NCBI GenBank assembly: GCA_036172245.1 | Contig: JAYWIR010000039.1 | Location: forward strand, 806,001 to 870,000 | Direction of reading: 5' to 3' | Source of the DNA: Raillietiella orientalis | Taxonomy: Eukaryota | DNA length: 64,000 nt | Part shown: positions 36,428-51,066 of the stretch, piece after piece | How positions within the stretch are numbered: the first letter of the stretch is position 1 | How the letters are laid out: each line of letters begins with the position of its first letter | The notes under the pieces: model-generated | Told to the model about the DNA's origin: nothing | What the model saw: the letters and a program-made list of their open reading frames with translations, nothing else | Databases searched by the model: none | Made by a program: the position numbers and the translations under genes

Positions 36428-39400
36428 ATGACTTTGAGAAAGACACATCCAAGACCAAAGAAATGAAGAGGGAAATAAGAAGTTATATGGAGGAAGAGGA
36501 CTGCTCGATAATCAAAATGGATGCGAGGCATTAGGAAGAGTGCACCGGGGTGTACGTGCTCGTGTGAAGAGCGTGAACTTATTTTCTAGGGGAGCATTTC
36601 AGCGTCCCGATGCCTGACCGAACTAGCCACCGCAAAAGCCAAACCTGCCGAATCATCGGGCACATCTCATGTTAGAAACAGGGCACCGGAAGCAGAAATC
36701 GGGTGCACTCAATGATGCCACGAGCCGTGGCTACCCACCCATCGCCATTTTGCTCCCCCCCCTTCCTTCTTCTGTTCACTGGCACTTTAGGTTCCTCAAG
36801 AAATCACACTTGGGTGGGAGAGGGAAGAGGGAGGATCTCATTACAGAGACTACAGGTTTCCGGGGGCGAGTGGTGACTCCTCACGGCTTGCGGACGCTAT
36901 CCTGGCAGCTTTCTCGTTGGCCCAAAGGATGTCGTCCATCGGAAGAGCTTGAAATTCATCCTTTCGTCCACATGAAGAACCCGCCATTCTCAGGAAGATT
37001 ACCTGGAGTGCATCAGCGTCCTAAAGGATATCGTCACTGACTTCCTGGGGAACTGCAAGATCACCCTGGGTTTTCTGACAACGGCAGCACCGGACTCTGC
37101 GCTCTCCACTGCGAAAGGGAATGCGATGCGGTGATGGCAGCTAGTAACGCCCCCGCGCACGGCTCCTCCAGGGCGCCCCTGGTAATAAAACTCTTGCGTG
37201 CAGGCGAAAAAAGAAAGAAAGAAAAAGAAGCCATACTCCGAGGCAACAGCTGCACAAGGAAATCCCTTTCCTCCTGCACAAAAAGCCAGCGTCTAAGACG
37301 AGAAAATTTGTCTCTCGAGATGGAGTCTTCTGCCGTTTCCAAAGCGGTGCCGAAAGGTGACACGAAGACTTCTGAAGCCTCTTTGAAAATGGTGGAGAGC
37401 ACCACTCACCGTCACGGATCAAAGCATCCTCTCAGAAGAGATGTCATGCTTTTTTTTCTTGTTTTTTTTGTTTTTTAGCATTTTCAAGGATGGTTGGAAC
37501 CTGCATCCTCTGCCGCTTGCTGCTGCTGAAGAATCTTAGAGCCGAACTTTTCCCACGATAAAGATGTGGCATCGCTCTAGCGCTCCTTCCGGATCATCTT
37601 GCACCCTGAATGGAGGAGGGCGCCCACGCGAAATTTTCATTTCTCGCTTGCGTACGCGATGCTTCCCTTCAGGCATTGTCCTGTGACCACTAGGAAGAAA
37701 AGCATTGAGCAATGGCAACATGCCGTCGAACAAGCAACATGCGCGAGCAACTTCCTACTCCTGGACCCACAGGATTTTAAAGTGCTAGCCGCGGACGTCT
37801 GGTTTGGTTTGGAGCCTCAGCTCCCTTGACAAATCTGCCCTCTGTTCATCCGTTAGGATGAACTTCCCGATCCTGCAGCGTGTACCCCGTCTCAAGCAAG
37901 TCCCTACTGGAAGCCCACCTCAACTTGACTTTCCCTCGTGCTGGGATGGGGGACTTCGAAAAGGAGAAGAACGGCTGCGGTAATTCATTTGCAGCCAAAA
38001 GACAGTGACTTCAGTCCGCGCTCAAGCATCCCGTGGTGTCGCAGATCCTGCATGCAATCAGAAAAATCTTCAGGATTCACAGGGAGGTCCCTGGAGTCGC
38101 GTCCAACCTGCCCAGGAGCGTTCCCCTCAGGGTCTTCAAGTTTTACAGGAACATCTCCTCCGTCTTCAGGTTGCATCAGAATGGCCACAAGTAGGGAGGA
38201 TCCCGGCTCAAGAAGTAGGCAGCTCTCAAGACCGACTGGACGCATCAGAGCCGTTCACACTGGCCGATCGCCGCGACACCTCCGTTCCTTCCTGGAGACA
38301 CCATCCGCCTCGTCCTCCTCTTCCCTCTCCTCTTCCTCCTCCTGCTGAGAACAATAACACCGTCCCCTCAGGGCCTGCCCCTCCGGTGCTCAGCCAAAAT
38401 AGCACACCTGCTCTTCCCTTCTTAGCGACGCGGCGCGTGTTCACGAACGCTGCTTAGGATGCACTGCAAGTGGACCACAATGATGATCTTATTTGGTGAT
38501 GATTGGGGACTTTTGCACGCATGCTGCAGTTCCGATTGCATTAGGAAAAGTCACCGCTGTCCTCCTCGTATTCTACATGAAGACATTTAAACAAACCTGC
38601 TGGAACTTTGGTCAAGGCTTCTTAGAAACTTTCCAGCGACAAAAATGAGCCCTCCGAAAGTCATTCGAACTCATTGGCGACGTTGACTCCTCGCAACGTT
38701 CTGACCATTGCCGAAGAAACACTCTTTCTGACGTCTGTCCGCAACGACCTTCGCTTCAGCCTAAGATCCCTTTCTTCCCATGCGTTCCCACGAGAGGGTA
38801 GCTTTGGTATGGTTTCTGGAGTGAGCGGAAAGTAGGTTCCGTTGCTGGCTTTCCCGGAGGCGACCATCGATATCTATCGGAAAGATGGCCAGCTTTCGAA
38901 TCTGCCCATCGATGTCTTGCTGGAACTGCTTTGGTGATTGATTCCTGCGAGCACAGGAATGTGTCCCTCGTGAAGAACACACCCCTGCAGCTCTCGCTCT
39001 TCCTTATGCTTTCTGAATTTTCTTTTTCTAGATGGGAGTGAGCAAACCGAGTAAATATGTTCTTCACTCGTTCTTTCCCTGATGCCCCTTTCGGTTGCCA
39101 GGTTTCATTAGCATTTCCTCCTCCATTGCTGAGTATTCGGTCTTCTGGCCATCCCGAATTGGTATTTTTCTTTCCTTCTTTTTTTTTCTCCATGTTTGCA
39201 AGTTTTTCCCCACGAAGAAAGCAATCATTGTAAGAAGAGAGAGGTAAAGAATGAGAAGGTTGGCTGGGATGTTGGAGTAGCTTTAAAGGATCGCTCGCAA
39301 CTCCAGAAGAAAAAGGCGAAAGTATTTCCACGGAAACCCAGAGACAGGCGCAGCCGCGCTGATTCCTCGAGTAATAACACACACATCGCCGAAGGGATAC

Positions 39401-42400
39401 CTTCGTCATCGATGCCGTTTATCGCCACGATCCCACATGATCAGCAACATTGGCAGGACCTATCCTTTCGCAGATGAAGAGAGCTTTCTGGAGCCTTCAG
39501 ATAAATGAGAGTGAACTTGGAGAAAGGGTGTAGTGACGTCACTGATAACGTCAATGATAGCTCCTGCGTATATGCGCGGGGGACCACATGACCTGCCGTC
39601 TGTTCCCATGCAATACGCGAAGCGTAAAAAACCCTCTGAGCAGAATGGTTGGAGCGCTCTCACAAAATTATCTGTGAAATGATGAAGTGATGTGCTGAAG
39701 CTGTCCGCACACCATGCGGGCGGAATGCCCGGAGCTGCTGCATGTGCAGACTTGAATTCCGTGAGGCTGATCCCTTCCACAGGGTTTGCGTTTTCGTACG
39801 GATCGAACCCAAAACTTCACTTCTGTGAGCTGCTCTTCATGATTGTTCCAGTAACTCGAAACTGTGGCGTGCCACTGAAATGCCGTGGCCAGTTTCCGAC
39901 CTGAACCGTCACCACGCACGCCAGCTGTGCAAAAATGCGGACTCAACCTCCAGAAGTTGCTGTTGCTCCGCTGCCAGCAGCTCTCCGGAGCCTTCCATGA
40001 AATCCCTGCCGTTTCTTGTACAGCGAGCCACGCAGAGATTCTTTAATCTGGTACTACACCCGGAACCCAAGAACCGAAAAGCAGAAGTGGCCTTGACGAA
40101 GCAAGAAACACCCAACAGCCTTCGAAACTAATATCCGAAGGATGTCATCCATCTACGAATCGGTGCGTGCTGGACGCATATAACAGCTTAATCTAACCTA
40201 GCCCCTTCCTTCCCCCACCGTGGGGAAGAGCACTTTTGATGGCTGTACTTCCTGTGCGATTGTGTAGAAAAAGGGATCCCACGGAGGATCGGACTGATGA
40301 GGAAACATTAAGAGGCAGGGGAATAGAGTAACCGCTAGAAATGAACAAAGACGAATGTCAGCTACGTTTCACTCAGGATGTCCACACAGTGCGGACGAAG
40401 TACTCTGACGAAGAACTCGATCGTCAGACTTGTGGATAAAAAGGTGTTTTACGTGCGCAAGGAATACACAAGTGTACGCTATGTGAGGCTTCACGTGCGT
40501 AGTTGCATCCGTGCACGTTTGTGTCTTGTACATGTACGTCACTCCCTCGGCCGGAGAAGGTCGATGTGTCTCATGGACATTTCTCACCTTCTCAGAGATG
40601 GATAAAATGCACCTCCGGTTCCGGCCGATGGAAATTCGTAAGGATGCATTGCGAACTCGAGCTGCGGAGGTTTTCGACCAGCTCGAGTTCTTTCGTCGCA
40701 GGGTGAAGAATCAAATCAAGACGCACGGTGGAGTAGCGCTGAAGAGTAGCTGACCACTCGACGAAGGCAGCTTTCTCCCTCCGAAGAGTAATGGACTTTC
40801 GTTCGCAGTAGCGAACAAACGAGAGTCTACGGGATTCTCACCAAAGCTCTTTAACGATTTCGGTGGTGCTCCGCGCGTTTACCAGCAAGCACCAAGTCAC
40901 GGCGAATTCTTTTTCCAAAAAACTCAGACTTGACCTGTCCAAATCAGGGGGTTCTGTATTCTCGATGAGCCTCTTGTGATGACGAAAACGGGTGACGAAA
41001 AAGGAAAGGCTTCCTCCACAAGCCGAGGCTGTGCTTGCCTATTACGTGGGCTCACTTTCAGCATGAGAATCCTGGAAACTGAGCTCAGATGTTGCTAGTA
41101 ATCCCAGTGCGGTTTGGACAGAGAATTGGTGATTCGACAGAGTTTGTAAAAGGAAAGAAGAAAAAAAAAAGTCCAGAACACTCCTTACCGGCAAAAGTTG
41201 ACGATGGAGGAGAGCAAGGAACTCCTTGCAGCAATCGGCACGTCATGAGCTCGAGAGAGTCCAGGACTTGCCTCCCAGCTGAAGACTTGGACTTCAAGAA
41301 ACACAGGTACAGTGTCGAAATAAGCCGCATGGCTAGCAGTGAGGAAAAATGTCCGGGAATGGCTTGAATTTGGCAATTTGATGAACAACACGGATTGAGG
41401 AAAGAAACAAAAAAAAAACGCCCGAGGCGATGTGCAAAGAGCCCCACGCCCGACGTGGTTATGGATTTCGTGCTTTCGTGGTCGAAAGAAAAGATGGCCG
41501 CCCTTCTTCCTTCGTGCTACCTAGAGTTTTCCTAGTCGTCGCTTTGTTTGCCTTGCCAAAGGTCGTAAGCTGCCAAATGTTTTAGAACTCAGTGCCGTTC
41601 CACCAGAGGAGAGCATCCACAAAATGCCCCCCAGGAAGGAAAAATATTTCCAAGAAAGTATCTATCGGGGAGTTTTACGACCAAACATTCCCCATGTTCA
41701 ACCTCCATCGAGCAGAACACCACTTTTATGTGTGCTGGCTCTTTGCCAGGCTCCGAAACTGCTCCCCTCATCTAGTGGTCAAAACTAGAACTTCCTCAAC
41801 GTCTCGGGGAAACTTTTACGACGCTCAAACTTCCCAATTCATCAGATCGCTCATAGCGGTCCACATTGCTCATACCAGTCAGTCTTTTGAGCCTCTAGTT
41901 GGAATACTCTTCTACTTCAAATCCTCTAGGGTTGGTACTTGCCTTGATGTACTGAGCGATCCCAGTGCATCAAGGAACGTCGGTGTACCCCACTGAAAAG
42001 ATGGAGCTGTTTTTTTTTTTTTTTTTCCGGGAAAGAAAAAAAAAATCAACAGATGAATTCCAGTAGAGTCCATTGAAAGGGATGATGAACAGGAAAATCT
42101 ATAGTAGGGTGGCATCCATTAGCAGGTTTTGTAACCTGTTCTGTGCAGCTCGCTTGGAGCGGTCGTAACCGCAGATGGCATCTTTCTAGAAAAGCCAAAC
42201 AAGACAAACAAACACAGCGCTGGTGTGAAGGCGAAAAGAAGCGGCAGAAACTTCAGTCCGGCGCAGAAGGTGTGTCTTCTTCCTTCCTCTTCCAGCTTGC
42301 ACTGCAGGTGGAGTCCGTTCGCTCCATTGGTGCTCTTCCGCAGTCTTCTTTGGGTTGTCGTTCGACGAGCTGATGCTCGGCATCCAGGAAGTCTCCTACC

Positions 42401-45400
42401 CTGCTTCGCCGCCTGGAAGAGTGGTTGGTGCTAGCTTGGGGGATGTGAGCGAACGGGGCAGCAAAGGTGGCCTCGTAAGAATCCACAAGGGATGTGCAAA
42501 AAAGAATCATGGATGCATTTACCCAACTGCTCCAGCGGGACGCGACGTGAATAGTGCGCGCACAACTTCCAGGAGTCGAGCCACGGCCTTGGTGACGATC
42601 CGCGAGAATTCTTCATGAACCCAAGAAGGGTTCGTAAGCGCTGCCGATGCACAGAGCGAGAAATCGAGGATAACCTCCTGGCGCCTGCTTCAACGGCACA
42701 ACTCTCCATCATTCACATCGGCATGTGGTGATCCCTGGACAAAGGGACTGACGAGGAAACGGACAGTCGTAGGACTGGAAGTGAGTTCGCCTCCTCGAGA
42801 GGCAGCGAAGGAATTCAAAGAGTGGACGCGGAAGCTGGAAATGATCAGTAGGAGCACGAAACTGTGGCAGAGCCTTGAAATGTTTCCAGATCAGATAGAC
42901 AAGCAATCAGGAAGGAGAGGATCCCGGTCGGAGAAAGTGTGAGTCGTGCTCAAGAATTGCAAGCAGCGAGGAGGATGCCTACAGAAGCAAAGTCGTTCCT
43001 CGAGCCCCTCCTTTCTGGAGCTGGAAATCGATGCGCATCTCTAATCACGCTACTATCCGGTCCTCTTTTGATCCCCGTCAGCTGCAAACTCGGAAAGATT
43101 AGGATGTGGACCCTGATCTTCTTCCCGGATCAGGAAGGAATCTGTGAATCGTCTCTCTTCTTGAGAACGGTCCTCAGCCGTGCGGTCCTGTTACCCCGCA
43201 CCTGCGTGCTTCTTCTGTGCGCATCTAGAGGACAGACATTAGATGTGCACAGAAGGACAACTCTCTGCTTCCATGGAACGCCGAAACCTCTCTATTGGAC
43301 GCTGAGGATCTCCAATGCCACCTGCGAATTCCCCAGGGAGGTCTCCCGTCGGAAATTTCAAGGAAAGTTCGTCCTCTTTGAAGCTGCCTTTCACCGCACG
43401 CACAAGTCACCATCTTGCCCTGAAAGATAGCGAGTGAGCGGCTCTTTATCAGAGCTATCCGCTCCTCGCCCCACACCTGGAGGATGTCAGTCCCACCTGG
43501 AGTGCTTTCCTATTCGTTTCCGGAAATGCATCAAGATAAAGGAATGCAGACACCTTCGTTGACGACTGATTGGAGGTTGTCTCGTTAGACCTGGTTTGGC
43601 GGTTCGCTGAGACTGCAATCCGTGTCTTCTGCGTAACCCCGGATTCCTCACGTTCGCAGGTGCCTCGTCTTTTTATCAGGTTCGTCGTGCACCCACTAGC
43701 GCGTGCATTTCCGCATCCTGGAATCTCATCCTTCCGTTACTCAGTTAAACTCTCCCAGTTCTCTCTTTCATGAGTCTGCGTGATCAGACAATCCAAGGAT
43801 CATCCCAAAACGCAGCGAAAGGCGCTTTCCACGGTGATTCAAGAAAAGCAAGTGAAGCTGCCACTTGTTCCCACATCAGCGTGGAACAGTTCTGGCCATC
43901 ATCAAGTTCTTTCAGAAGAACGCGATCGTCACTTTGGAGACATTCGTTCCCAGAAACACCCGGTGGAGTTTCTGCGAATCTACCGAACGTTCCTAGCCTC
44001 TAGGATTTCGCGTGCAACAAATGAATCTACTTCTCTATCCAAGAGAACTCTTCCATTCACTGTCAGCAGACCGACTTGCTGACATTTTCCGTTTCTCGCC
44101 AGCGGTGAAGAAGACTTCAAAACGACTTCAGCATATTTGAAGTCCACCTCCTGTCTTTCTTTCTTTCTTTTTTGCTCCTTGTATCTGAAGCCAGGAGATG
44201 CGTCTGTGTCGCATTCGGTTCTGCGCAGCTTTCACGGGAGGAGAGAGGTTCCCACCTTTTCCACTCTGAGTGCTCTGAAGGGAGCAGTCCTTCCCTGGAC
44301 TGCGTTTCCACCGCGACTTTCTTGAGAATTGCGCGGAATCTCTCACCTCTTCGGGACTCCTTCGACGCGATTCCGAGCAATCGCATCCAAGCTCGACGTG
44401 CCAGCGGCGTTCGGAATCCGCACTTCTCCGGGTGAGGGGTGAACCAAAAAGTTGCTTTGCGGTTGGCCCAGTTGACGAGGCTGCATCGGAGGGGCAGCCG
44501 ACGGCTGTTGCCCGCTCGTAGTGGCACGGTCCGTTTTCCGCTTTCGTTCCTGCCCAGCGCAACGGGAAAGTGGTCTCCTGAAAGATCAGTCACGGAGCCC
44601 GAGAGACCGGAACTCTCTGGGATCCGCAGGACTCGAAAAGGCACGAAATTTTGCAAGCGAAATCACCGAAGTGATGGCCAATCACCGCGCGCCCCACCAC
44701 GAACACGAAAGCATTCGTGGCGTCGGGAACCTTTGGCTTTTGGTGCTCTCCCCGATGTGTATGCTTGTTTTTAAAATGACTCAGATGAGTGCACAAGTAG
44801 CTGCATCTCATAAACACTTGAGATGCGCGATCGGCAGCATCTTGGGAGAGAATTATCGAATTACGAAAGAAGTTCATTACGCTTCTGGCACCTGTTCAGG
44901 AAAACACTGTGTTTGAAAAACAAAATCGCTTCTGGTGGCGATGACGATGATGGTGATGCTGCTAACAAATGCGTTGACCATCCTCGGTCTGCAGCGACGT
45001 CCGTGAGCCACGATTAGAAAGAGCCTGTTTCTCCCCCTGAGAAGGAACGCATTGTGGCTTCTCTTCGCACGAGCAAAAAAGACAGCGCAGCTCGAAAAGT
45101 TCCGAAAGCACCAAAACTGTCGACACTGCCTGCCGTAAAGAGTTGCAGCCCTTTCTGAATGTTCGTTTAAAGAGCAACAACAGCAAATAATAATTCCCAT
45201 ATCGACACGAACCTGTCCCTTAAATGCGCTGCATCCAGAATCCGTCAAATCCTTATGCCTTGCATTCTTTGGAGAGGTCCTTCGTTCCGGGTCCTTCGGC
45301 AAGCATTTGCAATTTATCTCTTCAAAGTCGAGAATCCCCTCCAAGACGATCTCCCACACCTAGGCGACTTTCAAGCCGCTCTTGTAGTTTCCAGCTTAGC

Positions 45401-47571
45401 TTGCGGAAGATTTGTTCCGTATCGTAAAGCTTCGTGGTTCTCAGGAAACGCAGGGAGCAATCTTTCTTCGATGCAGGCCGACCCAAGTGAACAACTAGAC
45501 GAACAGGTGGGTGTTTTCACCTGCGAGTCCCTCGAGACAGCTGTAAGAGATGTGGAAGATGAGGGCAAAGATGTCCGCTTAATTCGTCCGACCGAAAGTT
45601 CACCAACGAACGAAATTCTTTGACTCGAATCCAAGTCGCAGCAGAGCGAGGGCGTCCCTGCGACTGCTGGAATCTCACCCCCTGCCCAGAAGATTCCTTC
45701 GCCGCTCGCCCTCTTCGGCGGCGAACAGGAGTTTGCACACGGAACGTGGCTGTGGATGCCGGCAAGTTCACGGTGCCGGAAATTCTGCCTGGAAACCATC
45801 GGATGGCCATCTGGTATGGCTCGAGACCAAGCAGAGAGGCCACCATGCGGCTGGTGTCGCTTCTGAGGCGATCTTTCGCGGTGCATAAAAAACCTGCACT
45901 GCCGCAGATGAAAGCTGTGCTCTGCTTTGAAATTCATCTCACCCAATTCTGAGTTTACTACATAAAGATCGAACTTCCACGAAAGATAATGCTGTCAAGA
46001 GTCCGCAAGATGAAATCTGAAAGAGTAAACCTTTGAGCTTTTTCAGCATCATCAGCATTTAATCATAGGTGAATGTGAGCAACAAGACCACCTCCCAGTT
46101 ACCGGAGCTGTTCTTTAATAGCTCAAAATGCAAATTCGTAACATTCCAGCATGAACCAATCTATAACAGCCTTGCAGATTTATTGCGGCGTTTCGTGAAT
46201 AGAGTGACGGCATTGCATCTTGTGTGCAAGGACATAATTCCTTCATCTCATCGGCAATCAGTAAATGAAGCTCTAAAATGCCTTTGTTTTCAACCAAATC
46301 GGCTTCTTCACCCACGCACTTGGAAGGAAGCAAACGTGTTAACAGCCACATAGACAGAAAGCAGGGCTACCAAAGCTTTCCTTCACACATCAGTATGTAC
46401 CGCCGCTGATTCATCAGTTGCCTCATTAGCACCTTAAGGGAACTTGATTTATAATTTTAATGAACAGCTATAAGAATTTTATGTATTTGTGCTTTTTGTT
46501 TCAACGTGCGATAATCTCCGTTCCCATCATGCATTTCAACATGTCGATTCTTCGGAGCATTTCAATTTTATCTTTGAGGAATAAATGAAGAAAGCGGATG
46601 CTCCTCAACTTCGTAACGCAGGGAAGCATACAGATACTTTCCTGATTTGATTTCAAGAAAATAGCCTCTTCCTTCACAACCCTTTTCCCCTTAGACCATC
46701 CTGCGCCCTCGTGAAAATGCTTGAAGATTGCCTCACATTTGCTGCTCGAAAGCTTTTGTAAACCCGAGTCGTTATACATTTCGGCCTCATTCACTTTCCT
46801 TAACATTTGCTTTGTTTTCTTGTGGCCCGCCTTCAACCACTTTCTGCCACGGATGTGGATTTCGCGCGCCGTGGGCTCCGTTCCCGTCTGTTTCTCGTGT
46901 GCTTCGAGTAGCGCTCAAAAAAACCCCTTCGTAGCACCGTGTCGACGTTTGTGGGGAGGACTTAATGATTCCCTTAACATGAGACTGCGTGCGAAAATTT
47001 TCCCTGACGCACGCGGCATCCAGCTCGGTTCCTGTTCCATTACCGTGCTCATTTGCTTCCTCCAAACTCGACGACTATTCTTTCCCGGTGCAGGGAACAA
47101 AGAGACACTCAGACGCGTTCCTCGGTTCTCCCGTCTCCAACTGCAGGAAGGATTTCGAACGGTACCGCTCATCAGACCTCTGGATTCAGTCAGAACTCCT
47201 TCGGGAGTTTGGCTTGCGCTGATCGCGAGAACGTACCAAGTCCTTCATCTCGAAACCGGGACCCGAAATCCCAAACGAGGTCGAACTTCGTCTTCCCTGA
47301 TTCTCCCACTTGCGTCCCGTCTCCGTTCCTGTTTCTTGCCCGGAGCTTCGTTCCTTTCACTCTGTGGGGAGAGCGCTGGCATGCCGATTCATTCCATTGC
47401 GTCATCAATTAAGCGTGTTGTCTCGCTCTCCAGTGCTTCGTTGACCCTGCTGCACGTGGAATCGCGCCTCATCGGGCAAGCGCTGCTCGCTGTCATCCAA
47501 ACATCTTGTAGACATCTTGCATTCGATTGCTCAGTGCCTGAACATTCCATCCCTTTTACTTCAGTTCCCAT

Positions 47572-48290
47572 CCCTCCCGCGCGTGGTACCAGGAGTCACG
47601 GTTTCGAATGGCCAATGTGGAGGATCGACGCGAGGACGATGGGGGCGTCGTGGGTTTCGATTCCCTCCTCCACCCGCCTCCCCGGCAGGATGGCTTCGGG
47701 TGCTGCAAGCTGATGCCCCCGTTGACGTGCCGGGAATGGAAGTTCGCCCTCCTGTTGAGTCCTTCCAGGAATCAAGGAGACGGTACTTTACGGGGTTCCC
47801 CTCCGGTTGTGACAATGGAGACTTCCCCTTCCTCGAGGAAGAGTCCTCCATCGCATAGAAAGGTGCTGGTGGACTCGTACCTCCCAGAGCGTCAAGAAGC
47901 GCGCTGCTCCCTTCGGAAAGCGGGCCCTTCAGAGAAATCGGGAAGCGTCCCTCCGGGATTGTCTTCAGAGGGGTAACAAGGAGCGGTTCCCTTGCGGATT
48001 CTCTCCGGAGAAGAAAGGGGGAGTGAAGCTATCCGAGAGTTCCTCCGGTGAGAATAAGGAAGAGTTCCTTATTCTCACCTTCGGGAGTTCCCTACCCAGA
48101 GTAAGAGGAGCACAATCCTGCCTTCGGAGCCTTCCTGGATTCATAGGGGTGGTCCCTTCGGGTTGCTCCCTAACTCTTGAGGAGTCACACGTATCCTCGG
48201 ATGGAGTGGACAGAGTTAAAGAACTTCGTGGACCCCCTCTAAGGAGGCGGACTTTGAGAACCAAAAAAGGGTAAAAGAAAAAAAAGGAAA
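47572..48290 (+). mobile_element. tRNA-headed SINE-like element, copy A (slightly 5'-truncated)
   Basis: CGCGTGGTACCA head with a degenerate B-box (GGTTTCGAAT), colinear body and A-rich tail at 48263-48290. Confidence 0.85.
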
Positions 48291-49449
48291 GATTAGCTGG
48301 AACACAGCTGGCCGTGCCCCACAAAGTGTAGTCGCTCCCAAGTGCACACTTCATTCAAGAGTCACAAATAGGCAGGTTCCCTCATGCAAAAAAATTAATA
48401 ATTAAAAAAAGAATGCTGCCTTTTTTTTCTAAAAAAAAAAGGAAAAAGGAAACTCTTCTAGTTCCATACCTCTAATTGTTTTCCATTGCCCAAAGCAAAC
48501 CAACTCCAACTTTCTAATTGTCCCTAACATCTTTCTCTTTTCATTTCCTTGTCAGCTTCCAGGAGTGGTTCATTTTCTATCATTATTTTTTTTAGGTAAG
48601 ATTTCTTGTTCCATGTTCCGGTATCCACGGAATCCCTGTGGAACAAGACATGCACTCAAACAAGAGAACTGGTCTCCAACAGCGAGGTTCTCAGGTATTC
48701 CCTTGGGTGATTGGCGGCGACTCTGGTATTCGCTGAGGCTACACTTTGACCTTAGCTGAAAGGCCGAGAAGGGGTGATCCTCTTTGAGGAGAAGGTGTGA
48801 GGCAGACTATTCTCGCGCTGTTCAGGTCTCGTTGCGGCGTCATCAACAAGCACTACTTGCCCTCCCTTCCGGAAATACCACTCCAGTTCTTTCGGCTCAA
48901 TCTGCTTTGCAAGGCTTCGCTTCTGCTTAGCTGAGTTTGCAGACTTGTCGTTCGCAGAACGGTTCTCTTGAGCGAACAAGCGCCATTGCCATCCTCGCTC
49001 TTTTAGGCTTTCTTTCAGTTCCTGAGCTGCGACCAACATTTCACGAGGAAATCACGTGTGAATAAACACATTGCTGATTCGTCTTCCTCGGAGATCATGC
49101 CGCATTGGACTCGATAACTGGACCTAGGAATGTGGCTTTTTTTTTTTTCTGACAACTGAGAAAGACCCTTAGGTTCCCTTTGAGGAAACATCTTCTGCAG
49201 TCCTCAGTGTTGGTGCTTCATCGAGACGGAACGCCTGTTTTTCAAGGCGGTGAAGTACAAAGCGAATTTTCTCTGAAGAACAACCGACAGCAATGATCTT
49301 CCCTTTGAAAAACGTTCGTGGAAGCAACTGGCGTCCTGCTAATTGAAAGTTCCCCTCTGGAACTCGGCGCATTTATTGCAGCTTTGTGCGCAATTCCTGC
49401 ATCTCTGAGACACGGTCCATTCCTACCCGGGAAGCGCACTCGGCACCTG

Positions 49450-51066
49450 CCAAATAACGCGTGTTGGTAGAGCACCTTTGTGGCCCCCCTCCTCCGCCTC
49501 CTATTTTTTTGCTTGCCCTTCCCTTCCCCCCACTTCCCTAATCGGCCAAGCTCCGGGCGCAAAGCCTGTTGGGGAACGCTCTCTGGGGACCTGCGAGGTC
49601 CAGGATCCGACTCAAGGACTTGGCTGGACCGCGTCGGGATGCCGGCTTAGGCATCCCGACGCTCTACAGGATCGGGCGGCAAGTGCTGCTCCGAACTCTG
49701 GCACTCCGCGCCAAGCTGTGGACTTCCCCGTTGTGCGCGCCTGCCTGCGTCATCCTGCGGAGATGTGCCGGCAGCGGATGTCTGCTCTCGCTGCTGCCGG
49801 ACACCCACTACAGGGTATGGGGATTCGACTTTTTCTTCAGACAACGCGCCTCCCTAGTGGAAGCCCGGCCGTGGATCTCCTGCCGCCCAATAAACTACAA
49901 TGCTTGGCTGCAGGAGACTGCTGAGTCCTGGCCTGCATTCCAGGGAATGCGCTCTCAAGATGTTTAACCCCTGCGGCATCTGCTATCAGGACCACTGGAA
50001 GTGGTGATCAAGGACGCAGGTAAGTGGACGGCCCTGGCCGCCACACCCGTTGACGCACGCTCTGCCTGCCCTCGGGGCAAGAGATGACAGTACCCTACCG
50101 GCGAGTTTTTTTGCTCCATCGCGGGAAAAACAAAACTCCTTGGTGGCTGGAAGACTCGCGAGTTGGCGGATGCTGCGATTCCTCGTGTTGCAGAGACAGG
50201 ACTCGTTCAGTGGAGCGAATTTATGAGTGTCCTCTGAAGAACCTGTGGTCCCTCCTCATTGCATGAACATTTCAGTGTTCCCGCTCTCGTAGAAACAGGA
50301 AGTGCTGCTCTTCCTCTACTGGAGTTTTTCAGTGCAACGAGCGGCTCCACCGAGTTTCCACAAGGGTTGCATCCCCGAACTGTGCCAGGTGCGTGTCGGC
50401 GGAGTCCACCGAACCTGCTTTTGGACTGCGGTGCCCTCCAGGAACTGTGGCAGTGGCTGAAAGCAACGCTCCTACACCAGGAGGACACCTCCCGAGATGT
50501 GCCGCGACGGTTCTTCGCGTCGAGAGGACTCTCGATAGGCGCGGTGATTGCAACCATGGGTTGCATCCGTGCCATCGCCACAGCCCGACAGGAGCCCGAG
50601 ACGACCACGTAGAGAAGGTTGGTCACCAGGATGGCAGCAGCCGACATCAGGACATCTGCAAGGTGGTCTACCTGGAACAAGTAGTAAAGGAGGAGATCGC
50701 CGCTATCCAGAGCTGGTTGGTGGACAGTTAGGACCGGCGGATTCCTGTGACACTTGTCTCCTGCCTTTCTTTTTTTCTTCCTTTCATTCCCTATCTCCAT
50801 TGGCTCCGTAACTTCCCATGTTTTCTTTTTTGTTATTTTCATGTTGATGCATACGGAGCGAACTCAGAGATCCCTGCCCCATCCCAAACAATTTATTTTA
50901 TTTTTTTTTGCTGTCCCCTTGTCCCTCTCCCATTCCGGACATTCCGCTATATCGGCCCGCCTGTCTGTGGACCCTCCCCTTGAATCTTTGTTGTCTTTGG
51001 CTGGAAGATGCGTTCCCAAATGGTTTATTCTGTTTTTTTTTTTTTTTTTCATAAAATAAGCGCCCC
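49450..51066 (+). mobile_element. Decayed, 5'-truncated L1/Tx1-type non-LTR retrotransposon (post-RT region, zinc knuckle, 3' UTR)
   Basis: NALWGPARSRIRLKDLAGPRRDAGLGIPTL resembles the FLW...L..P...GGLG.P motif. GVFQCNERLHRVSTRVASPNCARCVSAESTE/LLLDCGALQELWQWL is a frameshifted zf-RVT-like CCHC region. Stops and frameshifts are present, with a T-rich 3' UTR. Confidence 0.8.

Noticed and set aside
37985..38245. Minus-strand protein-like ORF (MQPEDGGDVPVKLEDPE...)
   Set aside because: No recognisable domain and no consistent splice partners.
40274..40290. Hammerhead ribozyme core (CTGATGA-G-GAAAC)
   Set aside because: No stem II and no convincing stems I/III or cleavage triplet.
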